Assembly: GCF_006345805.1 (NCBI RefSeq)
Contig: NC_043001.1
Location: forward strand, 8,742,001-8,806,000
Direction: 5' to 3'
DNA: 64,000 nucleotides
Source of the DNA: Octopus sinensis
Lineage: Eukaryota
Under the pieces are notes generated by a model, which ran no database searches, was not told the DNA's origin, and saw only the letters and a list, made by a program, of their open reading frames with translations. This document shows positions 41,268 through 54,799 of this stretch, piece by piece; position 1 is the first letter of the stretch; the number at the start of each line of letters is the position of its first letter. The position numbers and the translations under genes were made by a program.

Positions 41268-42299
41268 GTGTTTATAAAATTGGAGATGATTTTACATCGT
41301 TTAAATGTAATTGTTTCGCAAACGTATGCATGCGAACGTAATTACCAATTCTTCCTCGGCATCCTCTCTTGCTATTTATTTCACAATTACACCAGTGAAC
41401 ATCCGTTTCTCTTTCAAAATCAGAACATATTCATCTCATCAACATATGTTATAATTGGTGTCTTTCTCTTTATATGATTGTTGACGTAGATGCTATTTCA
41501 GTTCGATTTCTAGAGTTAGTGGCAAAATGCCTCAAAAGTCTGCTGTTTTCTATTTCGCATGTTTATTTCGTAAGGTAACTGGACTGCACGTGGACATTTT
41601 AATGCATCTATACATGACAGTACTGCAAAAATATAACCAGAAGTTTTCTATTCAACCGATATGCCTTCTCTATATCAAAGTTTTATTAATGCAGCAACAA
41701 AAAAAAACTATATACTTTCATGTCAGTTTTATCAGAGTTTTTGCCTGAGGTGAAATGAAAATGGCGTTAGACAGTCTTAGGGCTGTCATCTCTTGACCTG
41801 TTGTTAATTTACAACTATTTTTTATGAAACTGAGGGCTGAAATGGAAAAATACCTCCAGAACAATTTTAACACAACGCGTAAAGATCTTGAGCAAATACG
41901 AACTCTGGGGGTTCCACCAACAATCGCTGTCATATTTAACATTTACCAACATGCATGATTATAACTCTAGCATTAATAAAGAGGTTATCGTTCTCGAGGG
42001 TTTGCCGGTTTGTGGATCATTTGCATCCCAATTAACCTGGGGTATCTTACCCGTACTGATGATGTATAATCATTCTTGCTCTGTTAATAAGGAAATTAAT
42101 GATTAATGGAGGAACATCAGCCTACCGGACCCTCAAACCACCCGTTGAATCAGAGTGAGTTGAATACTAATTATTTCACTAAAAGTGTCTTTGCAATTAA
42201 CATCCAGCTGTGCAGGTGCTTTTGTAATGGATTTAAATTTGGAAATTTAAATCAGAGAGATACAAGATTCCTGTCTATCTGTCTGTCTTTCTCTCTTTC

Positions 42300-42740
42300 T
42301 CTCAGGCCTCTTGATTCCTAGGGGAACATAGAGGCGCAACAACGTTTTTTAAACGGGCACGGTTCTCGGAGACCCTCTACATCTTGAACCACGCTATTCC
42401 GGCTGCCCTGACCTCTGCATCGACACTTTTGTGCCAAGACTGTTTTGGTCGACCAACTTTTTGCTTCCTCTGTGGGTTCTAGTCAAAGGTCCTGCTTGAT
42501 GACATTTGGTGTAGGATTTCATAGCGTGTGGCCTATCCATCCACATTTTCCATTCTTGATAACCATCTCGATTAGGGCTTGTCTTGTGTTGTCCCTCAGT
42601 TGTTCATTGGAGACGTCCTCTGACCGCCTGAAGTTTAGGATGTTTCTGCGACATCTGTTAGTGAATATCAGAAGCTTGTTAGTGTTGGTGTTGGTCACAA
42701 GAAACATGCGGTAACTAAGTCTCCTATTTTGTCGCATAAA
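42300..42740 (-). mobile_element. RTE-clade LINE 3' end (post-RT region, disrupted)
   Basis: ORF 42519-42737: KLLIFTNRCRRNILNFRRSEDVSNEQLRDNTRQALIEMVIKNGKCGWIGHTL, typical of the RTE C-terminus. Confidence 0.8.
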
Positions 42741-43798
42741 TCAGCAATTCCTTTAATAAAACTTTAATAAAACTATTGGTCATTCTGGACACCCCCACAA
42801 TAGAACTATATACTAGATTTACTAAAATGCGACGTATAAATTATATACACTGTTACAGAATAAAGGGAGATCTGAGTGCGTTAATTGTCAGATGTAAATG
42901 AGAAATACAAAGGGATGTTTAACAAAGAAATCCGTATTCACAGGTCTGGGGTATTATTCACGAATCTTAGTAATGTTGATTAATCTCTGTGCTGCAGCTG
43001 CCCAAAGCTATAAAATTAATGAACGGTACTCGGAACAGTGTCTTTCCTGCTTTTGTGCTAGCGTCTTATTAGCGATAGAAAGTAATTTCCTAAAGTTAAC
43101 AGAAATGTTTAGTAAATATTCTATAAAGATTTAATGTACACTGTTCAGGCAGTTAACCTAATTTAATGATTTCGTAAAAGAAAAAGAATTTTGTGCACAT
43201 GTAAATTGCAGCAAAGTTACTTCCCGTTGTGCACAGAACAGCTAAATTATTTTTTTCATTCTTGTTTTGAACGTAGTCGCAGCAACAATACCAGTAATTA
43301 CATGGTTTATATAAAGTAATTATAACGATTAAAATTCCATTACTAAGACCTATATTCAAAATAAACAATAAACATAAATCCATACTGATAATAAATGTAG
43401 AATTCAATATAGTGTAAAAAATATTTATTGGGTTGTGAATCTGCCTTGATTGAAACCCTAAAATCTGAAAAGAAAGCCTACAAGGGCAGTACGACATTTA
43501 TGGCGTGTTGCTCAATATTTTATGGAGAGAGTATACCGTGGAAGTAGATAAATGGTATGTGTGTCTGTCTGTATGTATGTATGTATGTATGTATGTATGT
43601 AGGTATGTATGTGTGGTGTGTGTGTATATGTATGTGTGCAGGTCTGCGTTTGCCCCTCCACCATCACTTAATAAACGATTTTGGTGTGTTTACGTCCCCT
43701 ATTATAATAAATGTCATCGTAATTATGAATTTGCTTGTCTGAATGTTTACGACATCTGAATTTTTTATCAGAAACCAACTTCTATGTATATATATATA

Positions 43799-43954
<156 letters not shown>

Positions 43955-44509
43955 GTATATATGCATATATAGACGCTGTACATCTATCCACATACGTGCA
44001 CGATGTATCTGAGAATGACCCACCAATGTATTTCTGTATGGGTTGTGTTCAAGGTTAAATATTATTTTTATTCTCTATACTACAAAGAACCTGGTAAAAC
44101 CATTAATTAGATTCTATAGAATCTAGCTGGGAAAATATTATTAATAGTACCCTTGAAAGGGTCATTAGCACTTATTTTAGTATTTATTTAGATAATCTTG
44201 CAATTGGCCACACGGAATGCTGAATAACACTAATAGATAATATTCCTACAAAGAGTGCCGTAAGTCAATTCAGCCATATTTTGTTTGTAGCGTATTCTTT
44301 CATATTTCCGTGATGATGATGATAAGAAGGAAATGTTGTTGTTGTTGTTGTTGTACAGAAAAATGTAAAATGATAGAAAAAAGTGGGAAATCATAACATG
44401 ATGCGCAGCAACAACAATGAAATAATGGCAACAAAATAGTAATAACAACAAAAACAATAACACTAGTTATAATAATGGTTTCAAATTTGTCACAAGGCCA
44501 GCAAATTTG

Positions 44510-44827
44510 GGGGAAGAGAGGAATCGATTACAGTGTTCAAGAGGTACTTATTCTGTCGACCCCCGAAAGGATGAAAGGCAAAGCTGACTGAGGGGAAATT
44601 TGAACTCAGAACGTAACGACGGGTGCAATACATATTCCTTTACTACCCACAAGGGGCTAAACCCAGAGAGGAGAGACAAGGACAGACAAACGGATTAAGT
44701 CGATTACATCGACCCCAGTGCGTAACTGATACTTATTTAATCGACCTCCGAAGGATAAAAGGCAAAGTCGACCTCGGCAGAATTTTTACTGGGAATGTAG
44801 CGACAGACGAAATGCCGCTAAGCATTT
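44510..44827 (-). mobile_element. Family M SINE (44632-44827) plus an adjacent partial copy (44510-44620)
   Basis: Reverse complement of the family M core and tail. Confidence 0.85.
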
Positions 44828-44890
44828 AATGATGATGATGGTAATAATAATAATAATAACAACAACAAAAACAACAACAACAACAACAAC

Positions 44891-44948
<58 letters not shown>

Positions 44949-44949
<1 letters not shown>

Positions 44950-45176
44950 GGCGAACTGGGGGAATCGTTTGCACGCCGGGCGAAATGCTTAGCGGTATTT
45001 CGTCTTCCGCTACATTCTGACTTCAAATTACCCCGAGGTCGACTTTGCCTTTCATCCTTTCGGGGTCAATTAAGTAAGTATCAGTTACGCACTGGGGTCG
45101 ATGCAATCGACTTAATGCCTTTGTCTGTCCTTGTTTGTCCCCTCTATGTTTAGCCCCTTGTGGGCAATAAAGAAAT
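44949..45176 (+). mobile_element. Family M SINE
   Basis: Matches 5181-5410. Confidence 0.88.
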
Positions 45177-45220
45177 AAATAATAATAATATTAATGATGA
45201 TGATGATGATGATAATAATT

Positions 45221-45265
<45 letters not shown>

Positions 45266-45293
45266 TAATAATGATAATAATAATAATTATTAT

Positions 45294-45323
<30 letters not shown>

Positions 45324-45324
<1 letters not shown>

Positions 45325-46158
45325 GGAGTAGGGGAGGAGGTGGAGAGAGTTATAAGTATCTAGGTGTATCTAGGAGTACAGGCTATAGAAAGGAAAGAAT
45401 TGAGGATACAAAAGAAGGATGAGGAAGCTAATAAAGGCGAAGCAAAATGGTCCGAATTTACAGTGAAAGCTGTAAATACTTCGGCAGTATCATTACTTAG
45501 ATACTCAGTCGCTATTGTCGATTGGACAAAAAAATTAATTAGCAGAAGAACTAGGAATGTAGACAATACGAATGGTGGATTCCACCCAAGGGTAGGAGTA
45601 GAGAGAGGAAAGGACAGATGAAGAGGGTGAGAGAAAGGTTGTGTGTAGCTGCACAAGAGCAATCCTTTAAGATTAATTGCTTAAAAGCCAAGATGGTTAA
45701 AGAAAAAGTACATTCCCAATGTAGATTATGCTAATCAAAAGAGAAAAGCGCCACTCATATAGTAATGGACGGTAGCATGTTGGCTCAGAAAGAATACAAA
45801 AAAATGATATGACAACCAGGGGAGAGTAATCCACAGAGAGTTATGTAGAAAGCAAGGAATGAGCATGAAACTAGTAAAGAACTAGAAAGTAAGAAAAGCA
45901 TGAGGTTTCAGTCTGTCAGAGTAATAGAAGCTAGAAGGCCTGATTTAGTAGTAGCTAAAGAGAATAGAACGTGCCAGGTAATTGGCTTTACAATGCGCAG
46001 GAGTGGCTGTGTGGTAAGTAGCTTGTTTACCAACCACATGGTTCCAGGTTCAGTCCCACTGCGTGGCACCTTGGGCAAGTGTCTTCTACTCTAGCCGCGG
46101 GCCGAACAAAGCCTTGTGAGTGGATTTGGTAGACGGAAACTGAAAGAAGCCTGTCGTA

Positions 46159-46191
<33 letters not shown>

Positions 46192-46740
46192 GCATGTGTG
46201 TGTTTGTGTGTCTGTCTTTGTCCCCCTAGCATTGCTTGACAACCAATGCTGGTGTGTTTATGTCCCCGTCACTTAGCGGTTCGGCAAAAGAGACTGATAG
46301 AATAAGTACTGGGCTTACAAAAGAATAAGTCCCGGGGTCGAGTTGCTCGATTAAAGGCGGTGCTCCAGCATGGCCACAATCAAATGACTGAAACAAGTAA
46401 AAGAGTACTGAAATGACTGAAATGACATAATAATGAAAAAAAATAAATGAGAGGAGGGCAAAAAATAGCAAAGTACCAGGACCTAGGAATTGAATTACAG
46501 AGACTATAGAAAGTGCGGGTAGTATGTATCCCAGTAGTTATGGGTGCATTAGGAACTATCCCTAAAGATCTGAACAGATGGACAGGGGAAATAGACATAA
46601 AATCTCGTTTAGTACAGTTGCAGAAGAAAAGTGTTATTAGGGGCAGCAGGGAAACTTTGGAGGGTTCTAAGTTTACTTGTTCTAGACAGATGTTAGGAAT
46701 ATTTCTTCAACAACAGTCTAATCAGTTGTTTGTATAATAA
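45324..46740 (+). mobile_element. Degenerate, internally deleted Dong/R4-like retrotransposon (subfamily B), interrupted by a SINE
   Basis: YKYLG..KAVNTSAVSLLRYSVAIVDW..AAQEQ..CRLC..VIEARRPDLVV..KYQDLGIELQRL..IPVVMGALGTIPKDL; flanked by (TAA)n. Confidence 0.82.
45997..46406 (+). mobile_element. Family C SINE inserted in a Dong-like element
   Basis: Matches 16947-17382. Confidence 0.9.
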
Positions 46741-46751
46741 TAAGAATGATG

Positions 46752-46795
<44 letters not shown>

Positions 46796-46800
<5 letters not shown>

Positions 46801-47165
46801 TACCTGTTGTCATAGGTGCCCTGGGAATGATAGCGAAAGGGACTGATTGCTACCTAACTCAGATACCAGGAAACCCCAAAATGGCAGAAATTCAAAAGAT
46901 AGTGCTCATGGGAACTGCTCATATCCTACGCAAAATACTCTCTATGTAATCCCAAGGTTTAAAACAAACTTTTTTTAATTTTTAATTTTTATTTTTTTTT
47001 ATATTTTTTTTTTATTTTTTTTATTTTCATGTATTAGACATTCACTAGTACAACACAAAAAAACCCCCAAATATATGGCACAGAACTTCTAACCTGTTGT
47101 CTCTTGAGGTCTCTCGGTGAGACTTGGAGCCAACTTGTACAGACATAAAGCAAAAGTCAAACATA

Positions 47166-47167
<2 letters not shown>
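46796..47167 (+). mobile_element. Short 5'-truncated copy of Dong/R4-like subfamily A (C-terminal 50 codons plus 3' UTR)
   Basis: IPVVIGALGMIAKGTDCYLTQIPGNPKMAEIQKIVLMGTAHILRKILSM*; 3' UTR matches 48668-48893; (TAA)n on both sides. Confidence 0.92.
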
Positions 47168-47201
<34 letters not shown>

Positions 47202-47239
47202 TAATAATAATAATAATAACAATAATAATAACAATAATG

Positions 47240-47300
<61 letters not shown>

Positions 47301-48667
47301 GTACACACGGAGAGCTACAAGTACCTAGGGGTAATTGAAGGGAACGGAATAAGGCATTCAGAGATGAAGGAAAGGATCAGGAGAGAATGCTATCGAAGAG
47401 TGAGAGCAATACTCAAGACGGAGCTGAATGCAAGAAACAGGATCGAAGCGATCAATGCATTAGCTATACCAGTCGTGACTTACAGTTTCAATATTGTTAA
47501 CTGGTCAATTACTGAAATATGTCAGCTCGACAGAAAAATAAGAAAACTGTTGACAATGCATAGAATGCACCACCCTAAGGCAGATACAGAACGACTCTAT
47601 CTGCCAAGAAAAGAGGGAGGCCGTGGTCTTTTACAACTGGCAATAACAATGAAGATTGCTATAATTGGCCTAGACACCTACCTGAAAAACTCTGAGGACT
47701 GGATGTTAAAACTTGTCTCAAAACATGAAAACGAGAAAACATCATACTCAGTCACAAAACAGGCAAAAGGAATATTTAAGTGAATTCCGAATACAACCAA
47801 TTTCGGAATTAGAGATAGACATACAAGAAACAAGCACAGAAAAAGCTAGGCGCATGAAAACCCGTGCCAAACCTGCGGCCTTAGCTATTCTGAATAATAA
47901 ATGGCAAGAAAAACCTCTCTATGGCAAATACCCAAAGAGAGCGAATAATGCAGATATTGACAAAGCCCTGACCCATCAATGGCTAAAGGCCTCTTGTTTA
48001 AAATCTGAAACAGAGGGGTTTATCATAGCAGCTCAAGATCAATGCCTACCAACAAGAAACTACCAGGCCAACATATTAAAGAACGGCAGTAGCCCAACAT
48101 GTCGTGTATGCCGACAACAAAATGAAACCACTGATCATGTTGTCTCCAAATGCAGTCTTCTAGCGCCTACAGAGTACCTCAACAGGCATGATAGAGCTGC
48201 ACAATATATTCACTGGGTAATTTGCAAAAACCTGGATTTGCCCCATGAAAAAAACTGGTGGGAACACAATCCACCTCCAGAGCTTGAAAATGACCACATC
48301 TCACTCCTCTGGAACTTCACCATTCAAACTGACAGTAACATAGATGCAAATAGGCCAGACATCATATTGAAAGACTTCAAACAAAGAACATGCCTCCTCA
48401 ATTGATATGACTGTCCCAATCGATATAAACGTATCTGTCAAGACCTACCAAAAACTGAACAAATATAAAGATCTTGAAATAGAAATCAGCAAAATGTGGA
48501 AGCTGAAGACTAAAACAATACCTGTTGTCACAGGTGCCCTGGAAATGATAGCGAAAGGGACTAATTGCTACCTAACTCAGATACCAGGAAACCCCAAAAT
48601 GGCAGAAATTCAAAAGATAGTGCTCATGGGAACTGCTCATATCCTACGCAAAATACTCTCTATGTAA
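47301..48667 (+). pseudogene. RT C-terminal region + CCHC zinc finger + PD-(D/E)xK restriction-like endonuclease, with two +1 frameshifts
   Basis: ORFs 47364-47783, 47713-48405, 48407-48667: YKYLG, LYLPRKEGGRGL, ETEGFIIAAQDQ, CRVC-x8-H-x4-C, HDRAAQYIHW, NRPDII..IDMTVP..K..KY. Confidence 0.92.
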
Positions 48668-48720
48668 TCCCAAGGTTTAAAACAAACTTTTTTTTATTTA
48701 TTTATTTTATTTTATTTTTT

Positions 48721-48751
<31 letters not shown>

Positions 48752-48893
48752 TATGTATTAGATATTCACTAGTAAAATACACAAAAAACCCCCCAAATAT
48801 ATGGCACAGAACTTCCAACCTGTTGTCTCTTGAGGTCTCTGGGTGAGATTTGGAACCAACTTGTACAGACATAAAGCAAAAGTCATACATAAA
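47301..48893 (+). mobile_element. 5'-truncated Dong/R4-like RLE non-LTR retrotransposon (subfamily A), ~1.6 kb
   Basis: Coding remnant plus 3' UTR, embedded in (TAA)n. Confidence 0.93.
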
Positions 48894-48898
48894 ATAAT

Positions 48899-48957
<59 letters not shown>

Positions 48958-49001
48958 GATCATGATGATGATGATATAATAATAATAATTATATTATTAT
49001 T

Positions 49002-49054
<53 letters not shown>

Positions 49055-49084
49055 GGTGGTGGTGATGATGATGATGATGATGTT

Positions 49085-49870
49085 AACAACAACATTAGCA
49101 GAAACGGATCATGATAAAACAACAGCAAGAAAAGCCACTTTGTGGAAAATATTTGGTTAAACTAAACAGGAAAGAAATAGACAAATCAATGGCTGAGAAA
49201 ATCAGGATTCAAAGCAGAGGCTGAAGGATTTGGAATTGCAGCAAAAGATCAAAGCCTTTCAGCCAGAAATCCCCAAAACCACGTAATGAAAAGTAACTGC
49301 ATAATAGTGTCTCTGGTTGCCCAGTCCTGCCAAAATGTAATATATTCACAGCCACGACAAAGTTAGGACCTATATACACTGGAAACTATGCCAAGACTAT
49401 GGTATATCGAGAGAAAGAATATACTTTACTCACGCGCCAGAAAGGATCACGGAAAATGAGAAAGAAGTTAAGGCCAATAGACCAGATATAGTTGTCAGAG
49501 ATCAACAAGAAAAAATATTTTGTAATCGATGTATCAATACCAATAGATGACAATATTTCCCTAACAGAAACGGACAAACTTTCAAAATACAAATATCTGG
49601 AAATAGAGTTAACTCGAATGTAAAGCCTCGATACAGAACCAATTTCTAGGATAGTAGGACATTAAGTATGATAAAAACAGACATTCACACAAATGCATAA
49701 TAAAACACCAGGGCTTACAAGTATATATATAAGATACAGAAAATAGCACTACTAGGCACTGCACACATCCTATGTAAAAACACTTTCAGAACAGTGAAAA
49801 TAAGAGCAACACAACAAGCCATCTCACATCTATCGGTAGTGCAGTGAAAGCAGGTGAAAAAGATTACAAA
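49085..49870 (+). mobile_element. Degenerate Dong/R4-like 3' fragment (subfamily C)
   Basis: QWLRKSGFKAEAEGFGIAAKDQ..RPIDQI/VIDVSIP..KYLEIELTR; related to 54324-54757. Confidence 0.8.
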
Positions 49871-49924
49871 ATAGTAGTAGTAATAATAATAAAAATAATA
49901 ATGATAATAATAATAATAATAATA

Positions 49925-49998
<74 letters not shown>

Positions 49999-50034
49999 CA
50001 TTATATTATTATTATATTATTATTATTATTATTA

Positions 50035-50081
<47 letters not shown>

Positions 50082-50082
50082 C

Positions 50083-50117
<35 letters not shown>

Positions 50118-50118
50118 C

Positions 50119-50153
<35 letters not shown>

Positions 50154-50154
50154 A

Positions 50155-50223
<69 letters not shown>

Positions 50224-50231
50224 TTATTATT

Positions 50232-50754
50232 TGATTGAGAGCGCCGTGCATGCCATCAAAGTGACACGGGTAAAATATACGAAGCCCAGTATACCCATTA
50301 TGACTACCCGTCTGATAAGGTTACACCAGACACATGCATCGCAACCATGTGTGCGCGATATGGTGATCTCATATCAAGATAAATAGTGCATAACTTTGCA
50401 GGTGGGGCCCAGTTAGAATTTTCTTCTGGTCGAGTAGCCCACCCCACTTAAAAGGTCCCTGAATAAGGATTGTTTAAGGATGTTGAACAAACCACCCATG
50501 TTTCCAAAAGGGAATTATCCAAACCCCCAAGAATTCCTTACAACACTTGGCTATGATGCTCCCCCACTACTTCTGCTCGTGATCAGAGATGCACATATCA
50601 TCAGCCACTAAGGGACATACTCAACTGTTTAAGGTCAAATAGCTGACAATATTTGCTATATCCCATCTTTAAAACCAAGGCAAATCAATGTACATGATAA
50701 CACTTCCAATCAGTTAAGATCAGAAGCCATGAGAGCCACTGCCTGGTACTGCAT
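50232..50754 (-). mobile_element. Longest copy of the (TAA)n-flanked non-coding element
   Basis: Reverse complement of 32767-33247 with ~70 nt extra 5' sequence; 3' end abuts (TTA)n. Confidence 0.8.
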
Positions 50755-50894
50755 TAATTAATTTATCATTATAATGCTTCTCTGTTTTTGCATCTATACT
50801 TCTATTTATTTGTGTATAACTTCTGAATGAGTTACCTCGGTCCTATATAGTCTTAACAAAAAATGAATACTAATAGCAGTCTTAACAGCCCTAC

Positions 50895-52140
50895 AAGATA
50901 CTCAAGCGGTGATGAGGTCCATCAGAGATGACATCGAGTACATAGCGAGGGGCAAAGTCATTATGTACGCCTCCCACATGGGGACACGTACTGCACGTGT
51001 CCATATTCCTAGGATCCCACCAAGACTTGATATGTGGTGGCTGCTGGGATGCGTAATTGTGGAAGGGACGGATATGTTCCAATGAGGTGAGAAGAACTGC
51101 CGTGGTGGACAGGTCCGGGGTTGAACAAGAGACACTTCTCCAGATCAGACCTGAAAAGAAACAAATCCTGAACCACATCCGTCTCCAGAAAGGATCAAGG
51201 ATAAACATAATAACTCAGTGCAAAAGACCGCATTGTTTCGCATGTGGAGAGACTACTCATTTGCGAGTTCAATGCCCCCAACTTGTACAATTTGCAAGGG
51301 GTCAAAGGACCACAAACAAGACTAGCACCGGCAAAACTATCAGCAACAACACCAATGACATTAACCACCCTAGGGAGAAATGAGAAAAGCTCTCTCACCC
51401 CCATACACCACACAAAAATACACACATAAGCAAGAATATAAATATACACACATACACACATACTTAACGCCTCATCTTCCACAAGTGAAGATGAAAGAAA
51501 ACCGAAAGGCCCCAAATGCAAACAAGAAAGCACAAAAGAAAAACTCCACAAATCATAACAACACCCACAATAAAAAAACAAACACCATCCACGCAAGCAT
51601 CTCTCAATTAAAATCAACAGCAACACAACCAACACCATCATTATTACCAGAATCCCCCAAACGTAAACGACCTAAACAGACACAAGAAAAAGCACTCACA
51701 CAAAGATCTTTAAACTGCAGATACCACACACAGAGCACACACAGACACATCAAATACAACAAGATCATCACCACTACAGACAAACAAAGTTAAACAACAC
51801 CAACATAAAACATCCAACTTCGTACTCATCAGAAGAGACAACGAGGAACTCATGACCATTGTAACACAAAATATTGTATTGGAAACTGGGGGATTGATTT
51901 TCGAATTGCGCACATTTCGCGAGCTAGAAGATTTGCTTCTCGTGCGAATGCTGCTTGATTCCTACACAAAAATTCGAGAGAGCTTTCCTGGGAACCTGGG
52001 AACCGTGAGTGTGAGACCTACATCGAGGGTTCTAAATGGGTTCACCCCCAAAGCCCCACCAATTATGGAGCGAAAAAAATACAGAGTGAGTAATGTTGTA
52101 TTTATAGGGAGGGAGAGTAAATTACCTGGAATATAGAAGT
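50895..52140 (+). mobile_element. Retrotransposon ORF1/gag-like remnant with CCHC zinc knuckle
   Basis: ORF 51057-51383 contains CFACGETTHLRVQC (C-x2-C-x4-H-x4-C); frameshifts and A/C-rich sense strand; clade not determined. Confidence 0.65.
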
Positions 52141-53301
52141 ACCCTTAAGTATGAGCTTTTGTACTTCACCTGTTTTGGGGCTGCCACAGATTTGGCTTAC
52201 ATATATGTTAACTCTCTTGATGTCTCTCTACGTGCCCCGATAACAATTGGTGAAGTGGTTGAGATGGCACTCACTTCCGATTTCAATATCTAGTAGTAGT
52301 AGAAGTAGTAGTTGTAGTATTAGTAGTAGTAGTAGCAGCAGCAGCAGTACCAGCAGTAGCGACTCCAGTAATATGGAGAAGCATTTTGATTCCTCCTTCG
52401 AAACAAAATTTAATAAAATGTAACAAAATAACACTTTCTGTCGAGTACTTATTCAAACATAAATAATTGCTTCAGTGGTAGCCTCTGTGTAACGCAACGT
52501 TAAAGTGCAGGGAAACTGAGGCCTTCATCACAAACCTTTCAAATTTGTTTCACTCACATCACATTACATTTTCGCTTTCTAATGGCTACAAACATATAAT
52601 TATGCCACAGGTCAAATTTTCACAGCCCCTCGAAAACAAATTTAAAAAAGAGAAAAATCAAAACCCGACAAAGTTAAGAAAAGGAAGAAAATTAACAGCG
52701 TAGGGAACTGTTAATCTGGGAATATTTTCCAAATACTCAATCATGTAATTTGAATGGCAACTACACTAACTACTTCGACATAAACGAATTATCGACACGA
52801 TTTCACAAGAAACGAATCCGTGCGAAAGGTCTCGTCTGCCTGCAAGCATTTCCGCCATGTTGCGCCATTAGCATTCCCGAGATTGAATGTGCTTCGGGAA
52901 ATGTTGTGCGGTTGATATTCATCACAAGTACGGGAGAATATTTTGTCACAACGTAAGCAGTGATCTCCAAGTGAATAAAGTTTTGCTCCGACTTATGGAA
53001 AATATTCGTTCCTGACAGCATTTAAAATACGAGGCACACATTATTGGTCTTCACTTGACTGAAGACGGCAGCTACATCAAAATATGTAGGATTGCATGTT
53101 GGTTATGCATCACCGCGCTCGCACAAAATTCTAGAATTATTTCAGATGCCGCAGTCTCTGAGCGTGTGCATATAATTCAACAATCACGTCACACCGATCA
53201 TTTGCGTACTGTGTTTTTTTAAAGCAGAAAGAATATAAATTAATAATAATAAATAACAAAACAGCAACAAAAACAACAGTAATTATAAGAAGAAGAATTT
53301 G

Positions 53302-53487
53302 AACTGGGCCCCTCCTGCAAGGTCATGTACTGTTTATCATGATATGAGATCATTATATCGCGTACATACGGTTGTGTTGCATGTGCCTGGTGTACTCTTA
53401 TCAAACGGGTAGTCGTGATGGGTATACTGGGCTTCGTATATTTTATCCCTATGTCACTTCGATGGCAGGCTCTGCTTTCTCACTCTA
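53302..53487 (+). mobile_element. 5'-truncated copy of the (TAA)n-flanked non-coding element
   Basis: Matches 33060-33247. Confidence 0.8.
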
Positions 53488-53505
53488 ATAATAATGATGA
53501 TGATG

Positions 53506-53553
<48 letters not shown>

Positions 53554-53923
53554 TTAATAATAATAATAATAATAATAATAGTAATAATAATAATAATAAT
53601 AATAATGATGATATAATAATGTTAATAATAATAATATAATAATAGTAATAATAATAATATAATAATAATAAAATAATAGTAATAATAATCATAATAATAA
53701 TAATAATAATAACAATAATTATAATAATAATACTAATATAATAATAATAATATAATAATAATAATAATAATAATGATGATAATAATAATGTTAATAATAA
53801 TAATAATAATAATAGTAATAATAATAAAATAATAATAATAATAATATAATAATAATACAATAATTATAATAATAATAATACTAATAATAACAATAATAAT
53901 AATAATAATAATATAATAATAAT

Positions 53924-53955
<32 letters not shown>

Positions 53956-53982
53956 TAATAATAATAATAATAATAATATAAT
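53488..53982. repeat. Long imperfect (TAA)n tract
   Basis: Direct inspection. Confidence 0.95.
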
Positions 53983-54274
53983 AGGAATGATCAAGAAGGG
54001 AACCGAAAATTATATGAGAATGATCCCTGGCTTACCATCCCTGCAAGAAGTGCAAAAGATTGTCTTAACTGGTACATCACACGTATTGAGAAGAGCATTG
54101 TCGATGTGAGAACTGTTGCTGCTCATGTATTTAAATTTAACTTAAAAGCAAAAACAAAAAAAATGAACGAACTACTGAGTTTGGTTTAATGGCCTACCAA
54201 TGTATACTATGAGTTTCTTTGCCCTAGGAGTCGGGAAGACACTCGGCAAGAAATGGAAGCAAATTTGAAAGAAG
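53983..54274 (+). mobile_element. Dong/R4-like 3' end (subfamily D)
   Basis: GMIKKGTENYMRMIPGLPSLQEVQKIVLTGTSHVLRRALSM* plus 3' UTR; same family as 79-1875. Confidence 0.85.
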
Positions 54275-54282
54275 AAAAAAAA

Positions 54283-54313
<31 letters not shown>

Positions 54314-54323
54314 ATAATAATAT

Positions 54324-54757
54324 TAGAGAAATTAAGGCCACCAGACCAGATATAGTTGTTAGAGATCATGAGGAAAAAAATGCTTTCTAATTGATGTACC
54401 AATACCAGCAGATGACAACGTGTCCCTAAAAGAAATGGAGAAACTTTCAAAATACAAAGACCTGGAAATAGCGGTAACCAGAATGTGGAATCTAAAAACA
54501 GAAACAATTCCTATCATAGTAGGCGCATTAGGCATGATAAAAAAATATTCAGACAAATACATAACAAAAACACCAGGACTTACAAACACATATAACATAC
54601 AGAAAATTGCACTACTAGGCACTGCACACATCCTACGCAGAACACTTTCCATACAATAACCATCAGAGCATCACAACAAATCACAGCACATGCCCAAGGC
54701 ACACAGAGCTGCGCTCGGTAGTGAAGTGAAAGCACGCTATAAAAATAAACCTACTGA
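54324..54757 (+). mobile_element. Dong/R4-like 3' end (subfamily C)
   Basis: RPDIVVRD..; ORF 54420-54659 KEMEKLSKYKDLEIAVTRMWNLKTETIPIIVGALG. Confidence 0.9.
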
Positions 54758-54799
54758 ATAATAATAATGATAATAATAATAATAATAATAATATAATAG

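Noticed and set aside
41761-41960. Helical-looking peptide MKLRAEMEKYLQNNFNTTRKDLEQIRTLG, with an open antisense frame
   Set aside because: In-frame stop upstream, no convincing splice sites, and the coding strand cannot be decided.
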